DNA of 64,000 nucleotides from Candidatus Fermentibacterota bacterium. Its GTDB lineage: Bacteria > Fermentibacterota > Fermentibacteria > Fermentibacterales > JCC-6. Location of the stretch: positions 96,001 to 160,000 of the forward strand of contig CAWJQI010000001.1 in NCBI GenBank assembly GCA_963845085.1. The letters run 5' to 3'. Of the stretch, positions 49,306 through 58,266 are shown piece by piece. The translations under genes and the position numbers were made by a program. Within the stretch, counting starts at the first letter, position 1; each line of letters begins with the position of its first letter. Under the pieces are notes generated by a model, which was not told the DNA's origin, did no database searches, and was given only the letters and a program-made list of their open reading frames with translations.

Positions 49306-50229
49306 ATGCGCATAGGAACCGGAATGCTCCTGGTGACAATGGGGGTTGTAGGGCTTCTCGCCTTCGGAGAAAACGGAGAGACCATGGAATTGAGGCAACT
49401 GACCCCCGAGGAGGAAAGGGTCATCCTTCATGGTGGCACCGAACTCCCCTTCTCGGGTGAATACGTGGACCACTTCGAGGACGGCACATACCACTGCAAG
49501 CGCTGCGGCGCTGCCCTTTTCGACTCGGCGGACAAGTTCGCCACCGGCTGCGGATGGCCATCTTTCGATGGCGAGATCCCCGGCGCCGTTGCCAGAAGGC
49601 CTGATCCTGACGGGCTTCGCACCGAGATCACATGCTCGGCCTGCGGCGCCCATCTCGGGCATGTTTTCGAGGGGGAGGGGCTTTCTCCCGCGAATCTGCG
49701 CCACTGTGTCAATTCGATCTCCATCGAGTTCCGGGAACGCTTGGAGACGGAAACGGCGGTGTTCGCGGGAGGGTGCTTCTGGGGTGTGGAACACTATTTC
49801 AGCGGTGTGGAGGGAGTGCTACGCGCAACTTCAGGCTACACCGGCGGATACATGGAAAGCCCCACCTACCGCGAGGTGTGCTCCGGGGAAACCGGGCATG
49901 CCGAGGCCGTCGAGGTTGTGTTCGATCCCTCGGTAGTGACCTTTGAAGAACTGGCGAGACGGTTCTTCGAAATACACGACCCCACCACCCCGAACCGTCA
50001 GGGAGTGGATACTGGAAACCAGTACAGATCGGCGGTTTTTTACACGTCGGATGAACAGAGGGAGATCGTTGACCGACTCATCTCGCTCCTGCGTGACAGG
50101 GGTTTCCAGGTTGTCACCGAGGTCAGGCCGCTTGATGTTTTCTGGCCGGCCGAAGACTACCATCAGGATTACTATTTGAAAAACGGGGGACGCTCCTACT
50201 GCCACACCAGGGTCAGCCGATTCGACTGA
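49306..50229 (+). CDS. msrAB: Bifunctional methionine sulfoxide reductase MsrB-MsrA with N-terminal hydrophobic leader
   Basis: MsrB motifs CxxC, GCGWPSF, HLGHVF and RHCVNS. MsrA motifs GGCFWG, TGHAE, HDPT, QYRS and AE.YHQ.Y. Confidence 0.95.
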   Translation: MRIGTGMLLVTMGVVGLLAFGENGETMELRQLTPEEERVILHGGTELPFSGEYVDHFEDGTYHCKRCGAALFDSADKFATGCGWPSFDGEIPGAVARRPDPDGLRTEITCSACGAHLGHVFEGEGLSPANLRHCVNSISIEFRERLETETAVFAGGCFWGVEHYFSGVEGVLRATSGYTGGYMESPTYREVCSGETGHAEAVEVVFDPSVVTFEELARRFFEIHDPTTPNRQGVDTGNQYRSAVFYTSDEQREIVDRLISLLRDRGFQVVTEVRPLDVFWPAEDYHQDYYLKNGGRSYCHTRVSRFD

Positions 50230-50265
50230 TGCCCCGGTTTGGAAAGGCTTGCAGAACGGGCAGGT

Positions 50266-50865
50266 TCATCGGGTCAGCGCGGACATGTGCGGATCGAGCG
50301 CCCTTAAAGCCCTCGCCCTGTGGCTGACCATGTTCTTCTCGGCAGGGGTTGCTGCTGCGAAGGTCTTCCCCAGTTCCGTGCAGTAGAAGACGGGGTCGTA
50401 CCCGAACCCCCCCGAGCCCTCCGGAGAGAGGGTTACAAGTCCCTTGACGGCCCCCTCCACCACCGTCTCCGCCCCATCTGGCGTGACAAGGGCGGCTGCA
50501 GTGCGAAACTCGGCCCTTCTTGTCTCCCCCTCCTCCCCGAGAAGCGAGTTCAGAAGCTTGCGGACGTTGTCGGAGTAGCTGCAGTCCCTTCCGGCATACC
50601 TTGCGGAATAAACGCCGGGGGCTCCGCCGAGGGCCATGACGAAGAGCCCGGTGTCTTCGGCCACGGCAGGCAGCCCTGTCTCGTGTGAGGCGGCACGCGC
50701 CTTTATCAGGGCGTTCTCGCGTATCGTGAGCCCCGTCTCCTCGACGTCCCAATCCGGCTTCCATTCGAGAATGGACACGAAGTCATACCGGGGGAGGATG
50801 AGGAGGATCTCCCTGAGTTTGTCAGGATTTCCGCTCGCGATGACGAACCTGGGGGAAGCGGTCAT
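50266..50865 (-). CDS. rdgB: Non-canonical purine NTP pyrophosphatase
   Basis: Motifs ASGNPDK, ENA..KA, EDTGL, PGVYSARY, GFGYDPVF and SHR. Confidence 0.95.
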   Translation of the reverse strand: MTASPRFVIASGNPDKLREILLILPRYDFVSILEWKPDWDVEETGLTIRENALIKARAASHETGLPAVAEDTGLFVMALGGAPGVYSARYAGRDCSYSDNVRKLLNSLLGEEGETRRAEFRTAAALVTPDGAETVVEGAVKGLVTLSPEGSGGFGYDPVFYCTELGKTFAAATPAEKNMVSHRARALRALDPHMSALTR

Positions 50866-51590
50866 TCCCCGACCGCCTCCATCTGAAGCGGAACCACCTC
50901 TTCCATGATGGCCTTCCTGGCAAGCTCGGCCATCCCGGAAAGCTCGGAGAGCTCAGCCGGCTCCTTCTCTGCGGTGGCCTGCATCTCTATGATCTTTCCA
51001 TCGGCTGTTGCGACTACATTCATGTCGAGATCGGCAACGGAATCCTCCTCGTAGCAGAGGTCAAGAAGAACGCCGGACGGTGTCATCCCAAGGCTGATCC
51101 CGCCCACCCAGCAGCGCCACGGGTCGTGCTGCAGGACCCTGTCGGAGAGCAGACGGAGTATGGCAAGGCGAAGGGCCACGGCGCCGCCGGTAACCGATGC
51201 CACCCTTGTGCCCCCGTCGGCCGAAAGGACGTCGCAATCGATTGTCACCTGACGTTCGCCGAGTTTCTCGAGGTTGACGCACTGCCTGAGACTTCGACCG
51301 ACAAGACGCTGGATCTCCTGCGTCCTGCCCTTCAGGATTGACCCCCTGTCCCTCCGGATCCGCCTGTTGCCGCTGCCGGGAAGCATGTCGTACTCGGCGG
51401 TTATCCAGCCGCAACCCTTTCCCTGCATGAAGTAGGGAACCCTGTTCTCGAAGGTTGCGGAGCAGAGAACACGGGTTTCACCCCAGCTGACGAGTACGCT
51501 TCCGTGGGGCTGCGGTTGATAGCCAATCTCGAACTCGATGTCACGGATCTGGAAGGGAAGCCTTCCGTCCGTCCTTTTCGCATCAGGCAT
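50862..51590 (-). CDS. rph: Ribonuclease PH
   Basis: Motifs GWITAEY.MLP, GRTQEIQRLVGRSLR, DGGTR and YEEDS.A..DMN. Start may be at 51590, 51596 or 51599. Confidence 0.96.
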   Translation of the reverse strand: MPDAKRTDGRLPFQIRDIEFEIGYQPQPHGSVLVSWGETRVLCSATFENRVPYFMQGKGCGWITAEYDMLPGSGNRRIRRDRGSILKGRTQEIQRLVGRSLRQCVNLEKLGERQVTIDCDVLSADGGTRVASVTGGAVALRLAILRLLSDRVLQHDPWRCWVGGISLGMTPSGVLLDLCYEEDSVADLDMNVVATADGKIIEMQATAEKEPAELSELSGMAELARKAIMEEVVPLQMEAVGE

Positions 51591-52386
51591 GTTCACCAAC
51601 CTGTATCTGGGTTACCAGAGAAACCGCCCTGCCCAGGAACCTCTGGGCGATCTCCTGAAACTTCAGTGGAATGTCGCTCACATAAAAACTGTTTACGCCC
51701 TGGCTTCCAGAGCGGGCTATCCCGTTCCCGGAAAGGATCTCCCGGACCTTCGTGGCCGTGGCCAGAGCGGAATCAACAAGGGCAACCCTCTCACCCAGCA
51801 CCTTCGTGAAGAGAGGTTTCAGGAGCGGATAATGCGTGCAGCCGAGAACCAGGGTGTCTATGCCCTCGCTCATGAGAGGGGTCGTGTACTCCCTGATAAC
51901 GGCCTCGGTGATGCGGTGGTCAAGCCAGCCCTCCTCGACGAGGGGCACCAGCAGGGGACTGGGCTGCGCGGACACGGCTCTTACCCCGAGTTCGATCAGG
52001 GCGTGCTGGTATGCGCCGCTGGCGATGGTGCCGTGGGTGCCGATCACCCCCACCCTTCCGTTTACGGTCAGGGAACGCGCCATTTCCGCGCCCGGGATGA
52101 TCACACCGACAACCGGAACATCAAGGGCTTCGCGAAGCGCGGGCAGGCTGACCGAACTGGCGGTGTTGCAGGCGACAACGATCATCTTGACCCGTTTGCC
52201 GATAAGAAAGGCTGCATCCTCGAGGGAAAACCTGATGACGGTTTCGGGTGATTTCGAGCCGTACGGCACTCTGGCGGTATCACCGAAGTAAAGCACCGAT
52301 TCCGACGGGAGCAACTCGTTGAGAGCCCTGACTACGGTCAGCCCCCCCACTCCCGAATCGAAGACCCCGATCGGAGCTGTGTTCAT
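51583..52386 (-). CDS. murI: Glutamate racemase
   Basis: Motifs FDSGVGGLTV, ACNTAS and LGCTHYP. Confidence 0.97.
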   Translation of the reverse strand: MNTAPIGVFDSGVGGLTVVRALNELLPSESVLYFGDTARVPYGSKSPETVIRFSLEDAAFLIGKRVKMIVVACNTASSVSLPALREALDVPVVGVIIPGAEMARSLTVNGRVGVIGTHGTIASGAYQHALIELGVRAVSAQPSPLLVPLVEEGWLDHRITEAVIREYTTPLMSEGIDTLVLGCTHYPLLKPLFTKVLGERVALVDSALATATKVREILSGNGIARSGSQGVNSFYVSDIPLKFQEIAQRFLGRAVSLVTQIQVGEHA

Positions 52387-53036
52387 CGCCTGCTGAACAC
52401 CCCGGGAACCCCTGCAAGGGGTGTGCCGGACGCGTCGGTGTCAACCGGCTGCCCGTTCACAATGGGGACAAGCAGGGTGTAGCAGACAAACCTGCTCTCA
52501 ATGGTTCTTTTCAATCCTTCAACGTCGAGCTGCCTGGGCATGTCAACGTAGAGGGTGTCGTAATTGTTGAACGCCCAGAGCCTTTCCATCTCGGATTCGT
52601 CGAGGCCGGAAGCTCGTCCCCAGGATTCCACGAGGAACTGGGTCTCGACAGGGATGAAGTCAGGGTTGTCGGCGGACGGGATCGTGTCAACCAGCGGAGA
52701 GGAGTTCGCCGTAACGTAAACCGAGCAGGGGGAGACCGGCCAGCGGGAATCCCAGGGGGCGGGTTCCTCAAGTGACAGGTCGTACTCGCCGGGTGTGAAC
52801 TCGACTATTCTGAGCGTATCCGAAACCTGCGGCTCAGCGGCCACGGTTTCCTCTTCAGGCTCGGGAACATCCTGAATGTTCAACTTCCGGTTGATGATGC
52901 TCATTGCGACGGATGACCAGAGCCCCATGAGGGCGGCTATCCCGGCAACGATCAGCACGGACCGTACCATGTATTTCGAAGATACCTTTTCGCTGAATCT
53001 TGCAGCGGGCCTGTTTCGGGACGGCGCCGGGCTCAA
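52383..53036 (-). CDS. Hypothetical bitopic membrane protein
   Basis: One N-terminal TM and an acidic extracytoplasmic domain. Overlaps both neighbours by 4 nt. Confidence 0.65.
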   Translation of the reverse strand: MSPAPSRNRPAARFSEKVSSKYMVRSVLIVAGIAALMGLWSSVAMSIINRKLNIQDVPEPEEETVAAEPQVSDTLRIVEFTPGEYDLSLEEPAPWDSRWPVSPCSVYVTANSSPLVDTIPSADNPDFIPVETQFLVESWGRASGLDESEMERLWAFNNYDTLYVDMPRQLDVEGLKRTIESRFVCYTLLVPIVNGQPVDTDASGTPLAGVPGVFSRR

Positions 53037-54157
53037 TGATCGACTCCTTCCGAGTAGTTCGTGATCGCGTCAACAATAGCTTGCGCGGCTCTGAAACGGA
53101 AGCCCAGAGATAGCAGGTCACGCTCTTCGGAGGGGTTGGATATGAATGCAACCTCGACAAGAACCGATGGCATGTAGGCTCCCCTGAGCACATGGAAACC
53201 GGCCTGTTTCACCCCCCTGTTCCTGGCGGCTGGAAAGGCCGTGCTAAGCCTGTCCTGGATCACGGAGGCCACCGAACTGCTGTTGCTCAGGAATATGCTC
53301 TGGGCCATGTCGGCGAGTATGAATGAAAGCGGGTCCTCGGGGGAGACGGGACCTTCCTCGAGGTCCACGACCTGGTTCTCAAGAAGCTCAACCGTCCGGG
53401 CATCGCTGGTGCGGGCCCTGGACAGGAAAAAGGTCTCGAATCCGTAAGCATCCCTGTTGGTGCTGGCATTGCAGTGAATGCTGACGAAGAGGTCGGCCCT
53501 GTTCCGGTTGGCGAGCCTGGTCCTTGCCCCCAGTGAAACATATTCGTCAGTGGTCCTGGTCATCACGACCCTGACGCCGGGCAGCCTCATCTGCAGCATG
53601 TCCCTCACCAGGAGGGCGATCTCGAGGGTGCGGTTCTTCTCGTAGGTGCCCGCCGGACCGACCGCGCCGGGGTCTCTTCCCCCATGGCCGGGATCTATCA
53701 CCACGCAGTCGAAGTCGGCCAGCCAGGGGCTTTCCAGCCCGCGCTCAAGGGCCGCAAACACCAGCGAATCATCCCATACCATTACCGTGTCAGGCATGGG
53801 AGGGGGCTCGCGCCACGCGAGCATCGGAATTTCCACCGGATCCGATGTCCGGGCGAAGAGGAGCATGACGGTGCTGTCAGCGTTGAACCCGTAATCGATC
53901 CGGACGATCGAGCTGTCCAGCGAAGCCCGGAACCCGAGTGAATCACAATCAAGAGAAGTTATCCAGAGCGGAAGATTCCTGAAACCGGCTTCCACCCCTT
54001 GTTCCGTTGCCACCGAAAGGGAGTACCCGCTCACTGAAACGGTCATCGGTCCCAATTTCAGGGCATCCGGGTCGGAAAGCTCGACAAGGACCCCGTCGAA
54101 CCTCGGGAAAAGCTCAAGCGTCGCAGCGGAGATGAGGGCGAGAAGCAGGCTTGTCAT
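53033..54157 (-). CDS. N-acetylmuramoyl-L-alanine amidase (Amidase_3)
   Basis: Motifs IDPGHGG.DPGA, EK, SIHCN and PSVLVEVAFISN. Confidence 0.93.
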   Translation of the reverse strand: MTSLLLALISAATLELFPRFDGVLVELSDPDALKLGPMTVSVSGYSLSVATEQGVEAGFRNLPLWITSLDCDSLGFRASLDSSIVRIDYGFNADSTVMLLFARTSDPVEIPMLAWREPPPMPDTVMVWDDSLVFAALERGLESPWLADFDCVVIDPGHGGRDPGAVGPAGTYEKNRTLEIALLVRDMLQMRLPGVRVVMTRTTDEYVSLGARTRLANRNRADLFVSIHCNASTNRDAYGFETFFLSRARTSDARTVELLENQVVDLEEGPVSPEDPLSFILADMAQSIFLSNSSSVASVIQDRLSTAFPAARNRGVKQAGFHVLRGAYMPSVLVEVAFISNPSEERDLLSLGFRFRAAQAIVDAITNYSEGVDH

Positions 54158-54624
54158 TGTTCCCTGAGGCTGTGTTTCATTGCAGCCTGAAGCCTTCGCT
54201 GGGAGTCCCGTTCCGCAAGGTCGGCCCTTTTGTCGAACTGCCTTTTTCCCTTGCATACCCCCAGCAGCATTTTCGCCTGTCCCCTGTCGCTGAAATGGAC
54301 ATCGAGGGGAATGAGCGTCATTCCCTTCTCATCGACCTGGCGGCTCAACCTGTGAAGCTCCCTTGCATGCGCCAGGAGCTTCCGATCCCTTTCGGGATCA
54401 TGGTTCTCCCTGGCTTCGGGATACTCGGCAACGGTCATGCCATGAACGTACAACTCCCCGGCCTCGTTGAACCCGGCATGACTGCCTGAAAGGCTGACTT
54501 TTCCTGCTCTGATGGATTTTATTTCGCTTCCCTGAAGGACCATGCCGACCTCGAGCGAGTCCATCACGTGAAAGTCGTGCCTCGCCTTCCTGTTCCGGGC
54601 GGCTATCTTCTGTTCATCGCTCAT
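54154..54624 (-). CDS. smpB: SsrA-binding protein
   Basis: Motifs NRKARHDF, L.GSEIKSIR, RKLLAH and KGK..FDKR. Confidence 0.97.
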   Translation of the reverse strand: MSDEQKIAARNRKARHDFHVMDSLEVGMVLQGSEIKSIRAGKVSLSGSHAGFNEAGELYVHGMTVAEYPEARENHDPERDRKLLAHARELHRLSRQVDEKGMTLIPLDVHFSDRGQAKMLLGVCKGKRQFDKRADLAERDSQRRLQAAMKHSLREQ

Positions 54625-54663
54625 GGACGTGCCTTTCCAAAGCTCTGAATATAGCCCGGTCCA

Positions 54664-54691
54664 TTGACTTGTCCACGAAATGCTCCATAAT
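54664..54691 (+). promoter_or_regulatory. Promoter of tRNA-Leu
   Basis: TTGACT-16 nt-CATAAT directly upstream of the tRNA. Confidence 0.65.
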
Positions 54692-54702
54692 ACCGCCTCA
54701 GC

Positions 54703-54789
54703 GCCGAGGTGGCGGAATAGGCAGACGCGCCAGGTTCAGGACCTGGTGAGGGCAACCTCGTAGGGGTTCAACTCCCCTCCTCGGTACCA
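54703..54789 (+). tRNA. tRNA-Leu(CAG)
   Basis: Acceptor stem GCCGAGG/CCTCGGT-A-CCA. Anticodon arm CCAGG-TTCAGGA-CCTGG. Long variable arm GAGG-GCAA-CCTC. T arm AGGGG-TTCAACT-CCCCT. Confidence 0.96.
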
Positions 54790-54791
54790 GC

Positions 54792-54818
54792 AATAGGGGG
54801 TGGACTCTCCACCCCCTA
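54792..54818. terminator. Hairpin between tRNA and convergent DMT gene
   Basis: GGGGGTGGA-CTC-TCCACCCCC stem. Confidence 0.65.
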
Positions 54819-55697
54819 TCCTATTGCCAGTATCCCCCCGATCACTGCAGCTGCCGTACCGGCCAGGTCCCGGAAAGAAAGCCTGTGCCCCGCGAACAGG
54901 GCGGACGGGATCATCAGGAATATCGGTGTCATCGAGATAAACATCGCCGCGACACCCGCCGGGATAAGCCTTATCGCGGTCATGGACAGGGTCACCCCGA
55001 TTACCGGCCCAGTCACGGTTCCGATGGAAAGGAACTTCATGGCAACCTTGTTCTTAAGGGCTTCGAAAACTCCCGGGGTCCGTCTGAGCAGCAGTGTGAT
55101 GGGGATGAAGGCGAGAGCTGCGGCCGCAACCCTGATCTGTGTGGCTCCGATGCTGCTGACACCGGAAAGCCCCGCCTTCCCTATCACAAGCCCCGCCGCC
55201 TGCCCGAGGGAGCCGAGCAGAGCAAGAAGAACACCGCTTCGGGTGAGCACCCATCCGCGCCCCGGCGACGAACCTTGTCCGAGGACAAGCGCTACCCCGG
55301 ACGAAGTAAGCAGAATACCGCCCCATTGCATAGGGGAGAGAGTTTCGCCGAGAAAAGCCCAGCCGAGGAGGGCGGTCATAAGGGGAACCGTGGTGTAGAT
55401 GACCATTGTGATCCTTGCGCTGATCCTCACAAATGCGCTGAAAAGGCAGAGATCGGCGAACACGAAACCCACCAGCCCCGAAATGGAGAGGAGCAGCATG
55501 TTTTCATTCGAAACACTCAGCGGAAGGAGGGTGCCGTTCAGAAACCATGAAACCGGAAGCAGGATGAGGAAGCCAAGGAACAGCCTGATCACGGTTACGC
55601 TGAAGGAACCGATGCGCTTCCCTGCGATCTCGAAGGAGAATGAGCAGACGGCCCAGCTTATCGCGGTGCCAAGTGCCGCAAGGATGCCGGTTGTCAA
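54816..55697 (-). CDS. DMT/EamA family transporter
   Basis: About 10 TMs in two EamA repeats; P...ALLGWAFLGE.LS. Confidence 0.9.
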   Translation of the reverse strand: MTTGILAALGTAISWAVCSFSFEIAGKRIGSFSVTVIRLFLGFLILLPVSWFLNGTLLPLSVSNENMLLLSISGLVGFVFADLCLFSAFVRISARITMVIYTTVPLMTALLGWAFLGETLSPMQWGGILLTSSGVALVLGQGSSPGRGWVLTRSGVLLALLGSLGQAAGLVIGKAGLSGVSSIGATQIRVAAAALAFIPITLLLRRTPGVFEALKNKVAMKFLSIGTVTGPVIGVTLSMTAIRLIPAGVAAMFISMTPIFLMIPSALFAGHRLSFRDLAGTAAAVIGGILAIG

Positions 55698-55703
55698 GAA
55701 AGA

Positions 55704-56037
55704 GCCCTCCCGTATGGATGGAAAGTTTCAACGAGCTTTCGGCTGAGGCTGTGCATGAACATAAGGAAATACGCCCCGGAGGTGCACTGGAATACGTGTT
55801 CGAGGGACGAAGATTAGGTTCTCGCGGCGGCGGTCACATGAACACTGCGCCACCGTGAGCCCGTCCTCCCCTTCCACGCGGAGCTGGTGTCGCATTCATG
55901 CCGGTCTGCGTGACCTCCGATCGAAAGCCTTCACAGGCTCCTGCCCGGACCACCACAGGCGCTGGTCCTTCGGGGCAGGATCGAAGTTTCGCCGGCCCAT
56001 CCCAACGGGTCGGACAAAATGCCTTTCCATCAAGGGC
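55704..56037 (+). ncRNA. Candidate structured non-coding RNA or small non-autonomous element (unassigned)
   Basis: Nested complementary segments span almost the whole intergenic region, and the ends pair. G-U bias favours the + strand. No family recognised. Confidence 0.4.
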
Positions 56038-56043
56038 CCGGGT

Positions 56044-56598
56044 TCACCTGCGATTTCTGAGATTGTTCCCGGGAAAGATGTCAGCCACGGAAGGGTTATT
56101 CATGTCCCTCCCGGACAGGATGGGGTTTGTCGTCCCCCAGTCGATTGAGAGGTCCGGGTCGTTCCAGGCCACTCCCTGCTCGTCGCTGCCGTCATAGAGG
56201 CGGTTCACGGCGTAAAGCAGCCGAGTGTCGGTCAGGGCCAGAAAACCGTGCGCAACATGAGGGGGGACGAACAGACAGACCGGCTCATCGGCTGACAGGT
56301 CCAGCTCGGCTTTTGCAAGAAATGAGGGTGACTCGGGTCTCAGGTCGGCAATCACAGCTCTGATCCGGCCCGCCACTGGCACCCACCAGTCAGACTGCAG
56401 GCGGTGAAAATGAAGACCCCTCAGCCCTCCGGCGCGGGTTTCACTGAGGTTCAGCTGGAAGTCGGCTGAAAACTTTCCCGGCACCCACTCGGACCTGAAA
56501 ACCTCGCGGAACCAGCCCCTCTCGTCTGGCCAGACGGCCATTCTTACAAGTTCCACACCGTGTATGCCGTTTACTGTCTCCCTGCTGACCGGTTTCAT
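56044..56598 (-). CDS. rmlC: dTDP-4-dehydrorhamnose 3,5-epimerase
   Basis: Motifs DERGWFRE, LRGLHFH, DLR..SP, VAHGF and W.DP.L.IDW...P.LS.RD. Confidence 0.9.
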   Translation of the reverse strand: MKPVSRETVNGIHGVELVRMAVWPDERGWFREVFRSEWVPGKFSADFQLNLSETRAGGLRGLHFHRLQSDWWVPVAGRIRAVIADLRPESPSFLAKAELDLSADEPVCLFVPPHVAHGFLALTDTRLLYAVNRLYDGSDEQGVAWNDPDLSIDWGTTNPILSGRDMNNPSVADIFPGNNLRNRR

Positions 56599-56654
56599 TC
56601 AAACCCCCATATTCCGTTTTGGGCAAGGGTGAAGTATTCACGAAGGGAGCGGTT

Positions 56655-57302
56655 TTGAAAAGGAGGGAAGTTTTCACCGTGCTGCTCAGGGAACTTCCGG
56701 CAATGTATCCCGACGCGAGGTGCATGCTTGATTACGGAACGCCCTGGCAGCTGCTTGCTGCAACCATTCTTGCAGCGCAGACCACCGACGCCGGAGTGAA
56801 CAGGGTCACTCCCGTCCTCTGGAGGGAGTTTCCAACACCTGGCGACCTTGCGATGGCCGAGACCCCCAGGCTTGAGGAGATAATCCATCCCCTGGGCTTC
56901 TTCAGGAACAAATCCCGGTCGATCAAGGCTGCGGCGGCACATGTTGCAGCCCTGGAAGCGTTCCCGTCAACCATTGAATCACTCATTCAGGTACCCGGTG
57001 TGGGGAGGAAGACAGCGAATGTGGTCCTCGGTGAATGCTTCGGTGTACCGTCGATCATCGTGGACACGCATGTAAAAAGGCTTTCGGAAAGGCTTGACCT
57101 CACGGAAGAAACCGATCCGGACCGTATCGAAGAAGAGCTCCGGAAACATGTTCCCGCATCCAGGCAGACCGCTTTCAGCCATCAGCTCGGCTTTCACGGC
57201 AGATCCCTCTGCAAGGCCCGCTCCCCCCTCTGCCCGCTCTGCCCCTTCACCTTCTGCCGCGCCGGGGACGCGCACCGGGGACGCGCGCCGGGGACGGACT
57301 AA
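56655..57302 (+). CDS. nth: Endonuclease III
   Basis: Motifs AQTTD..VN, LGFFRNK, PGVGRKTANVV, VDTHV and a C-terminal four-Cys Fe-S motif. Start codon uncertain. Confidence 0.95.
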   Translation: MKRREVFTVLLRELPAMYPDARCMLDYGTPWQLLAATILAAQTTDAGVNRVTPVLWREFPTPGDLAMAETPRLEEIIHPLGFFRNKSRSIKAAAAHVAALEAFPSTIESLIQVPGVGRKTANVVLGECFGVPSIIVDTHVKRLSERLDLTEETDPDRIEEELRKHVPASRQTAFSHQLGFHGRSLCKARSPLCPLCPFTFCRAGDAHRGRAPGTD

Positions 57303-57467
57303 GATAGATTAGATTGTTGTGATATAGTGATACATAGCATGTCTTTACATAGATTATACTTTATTTGTTTGTTTTCACACACATGATCATACAAAAGCAT
57401 GGGGCAACCATTTCTGATTGCCCCACTTTGCTTTAAGCCAGCAAACTAAACTAACTTAGTCCGTCCC

Positions 57468-58085
57468 CTAGTCGATGTCGCTGAGGGTGACGTCCCAGCG
57501 GAAGCCGTCGGAACCTATGTAGACTTCCCAGAGCGTGTAGGTGTCGCCATCAACATCAACGCACTTGATGTCGTAGTAGTTGTCGGCGGGGACGTTGAAG
57601 GTGAAGGAGTTGCCAACGCTGAGAATGCCGCTGCCGAGCCTGTCGTCGCCCCAGGGCATGTCGCTCGGATCGCAGTAGATGTAATAGATGTCGTAGTTGC
57701 CGAGGTCGTTGTAGATCGTGACGGGGGCGCCGCCGCCGCTGGGTGTGGTGGTGCCGGTCCAGTTCCTTTCGCCAAGGTCGCTGAGGGTCACGTTCCAGTT
57801 GACCGTGCCGTTGATGGGCATGTTCCAGACCACATACTCGTCACCGTCTTCATCGATAAGCTTCACATCGTAGTTCCCGTTGGTGACGGTGAATGTCTTG
57901 CTGCTTCCCGAGGGGATGGTTTCGCTTTCGCCCAGCCAGTCATTGCCCCAGCTGTCGGCCGACGTGGGGGATATGTACACGTAGTAGATGGAGTAGCCAC
58001 CGGTGGAATTTGAGATCTGAAGACGGCCAGCGAATGCCGGAACAAGCATTCCCAAAGCCAGGAGAACGATGAAAACGCCTTTCAA
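57468..58085 (-). CDS. Secreted protein with two tandem ~85-aa beta-sandwich domains
   Basis: TTG start after GGGAGG. Signal peptide ending AFA. Duplicated Y.IYY.Y..P....WG.D.LG...YD.K..D.DGD.Y..W...W.VTLSD, separated by a TTTPSGGG linker. Confidence 0.85.
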   Translation of the reverse strand: MKGVFIVLLALGMLVPAFAGRLQISNSTGGYSIYYVYISPTSADSWGNDWLGESETIPSGSSKTFTVTNGNYDVKLIDEDGDEYVVWNMPINGTVNWNVTLSDLGERNWTGTTTPSGGGAPVTIYNDLGNYDIYYIYCDPSDMPWGDDRLGSGILSVGNSFTFNVPADNYYDIKCVDVDGDTYTLWEVYIGSDGFRWDVTLSDID

Positions 58086-58133
58086 GACTGCCTCCCTTTT
58101 TCGAGTTTTCCTCCGCCCGGAGGGATGGTGCAC

Positions 58134-58162
58134 ATAATGAGTACTGTCGGAGCCCGTGTCAA
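58134..58162 (-). promoter_or_regulatory. Sigma70-type promoter
   Basis: Minus strand TTGACA-17 nt-CATTAT. Confidence 0.6.
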
Positions 58163-58266
58163 CACACGGGACAGGTGTTGTACAACCGGTGGGGCTGCCT
58201 CATTCCATTCCGGCAGGTCCCGGGGTATATTTCATTGCAGTTGCCGTTTTTCAGCGAGGAGATGAC

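Noticed and set aside
54703..54830. tRNA-Leu as an integration site
   Set aside because: There is no integrase and I saw no duplicated tRNA 3' end in the window.
55704..56037. tmRNA, RNase P or lysine riboswitch assignment for the structured element (smpB is nearby)
   Set aside because: It has no tRNA-like ends with CCA and no GAGGAAAGUCC/P4 pairing. Only a GGAGGUGC fragment matches the lysine riboswitch, and it is on the wrong strand for the flanking genes.
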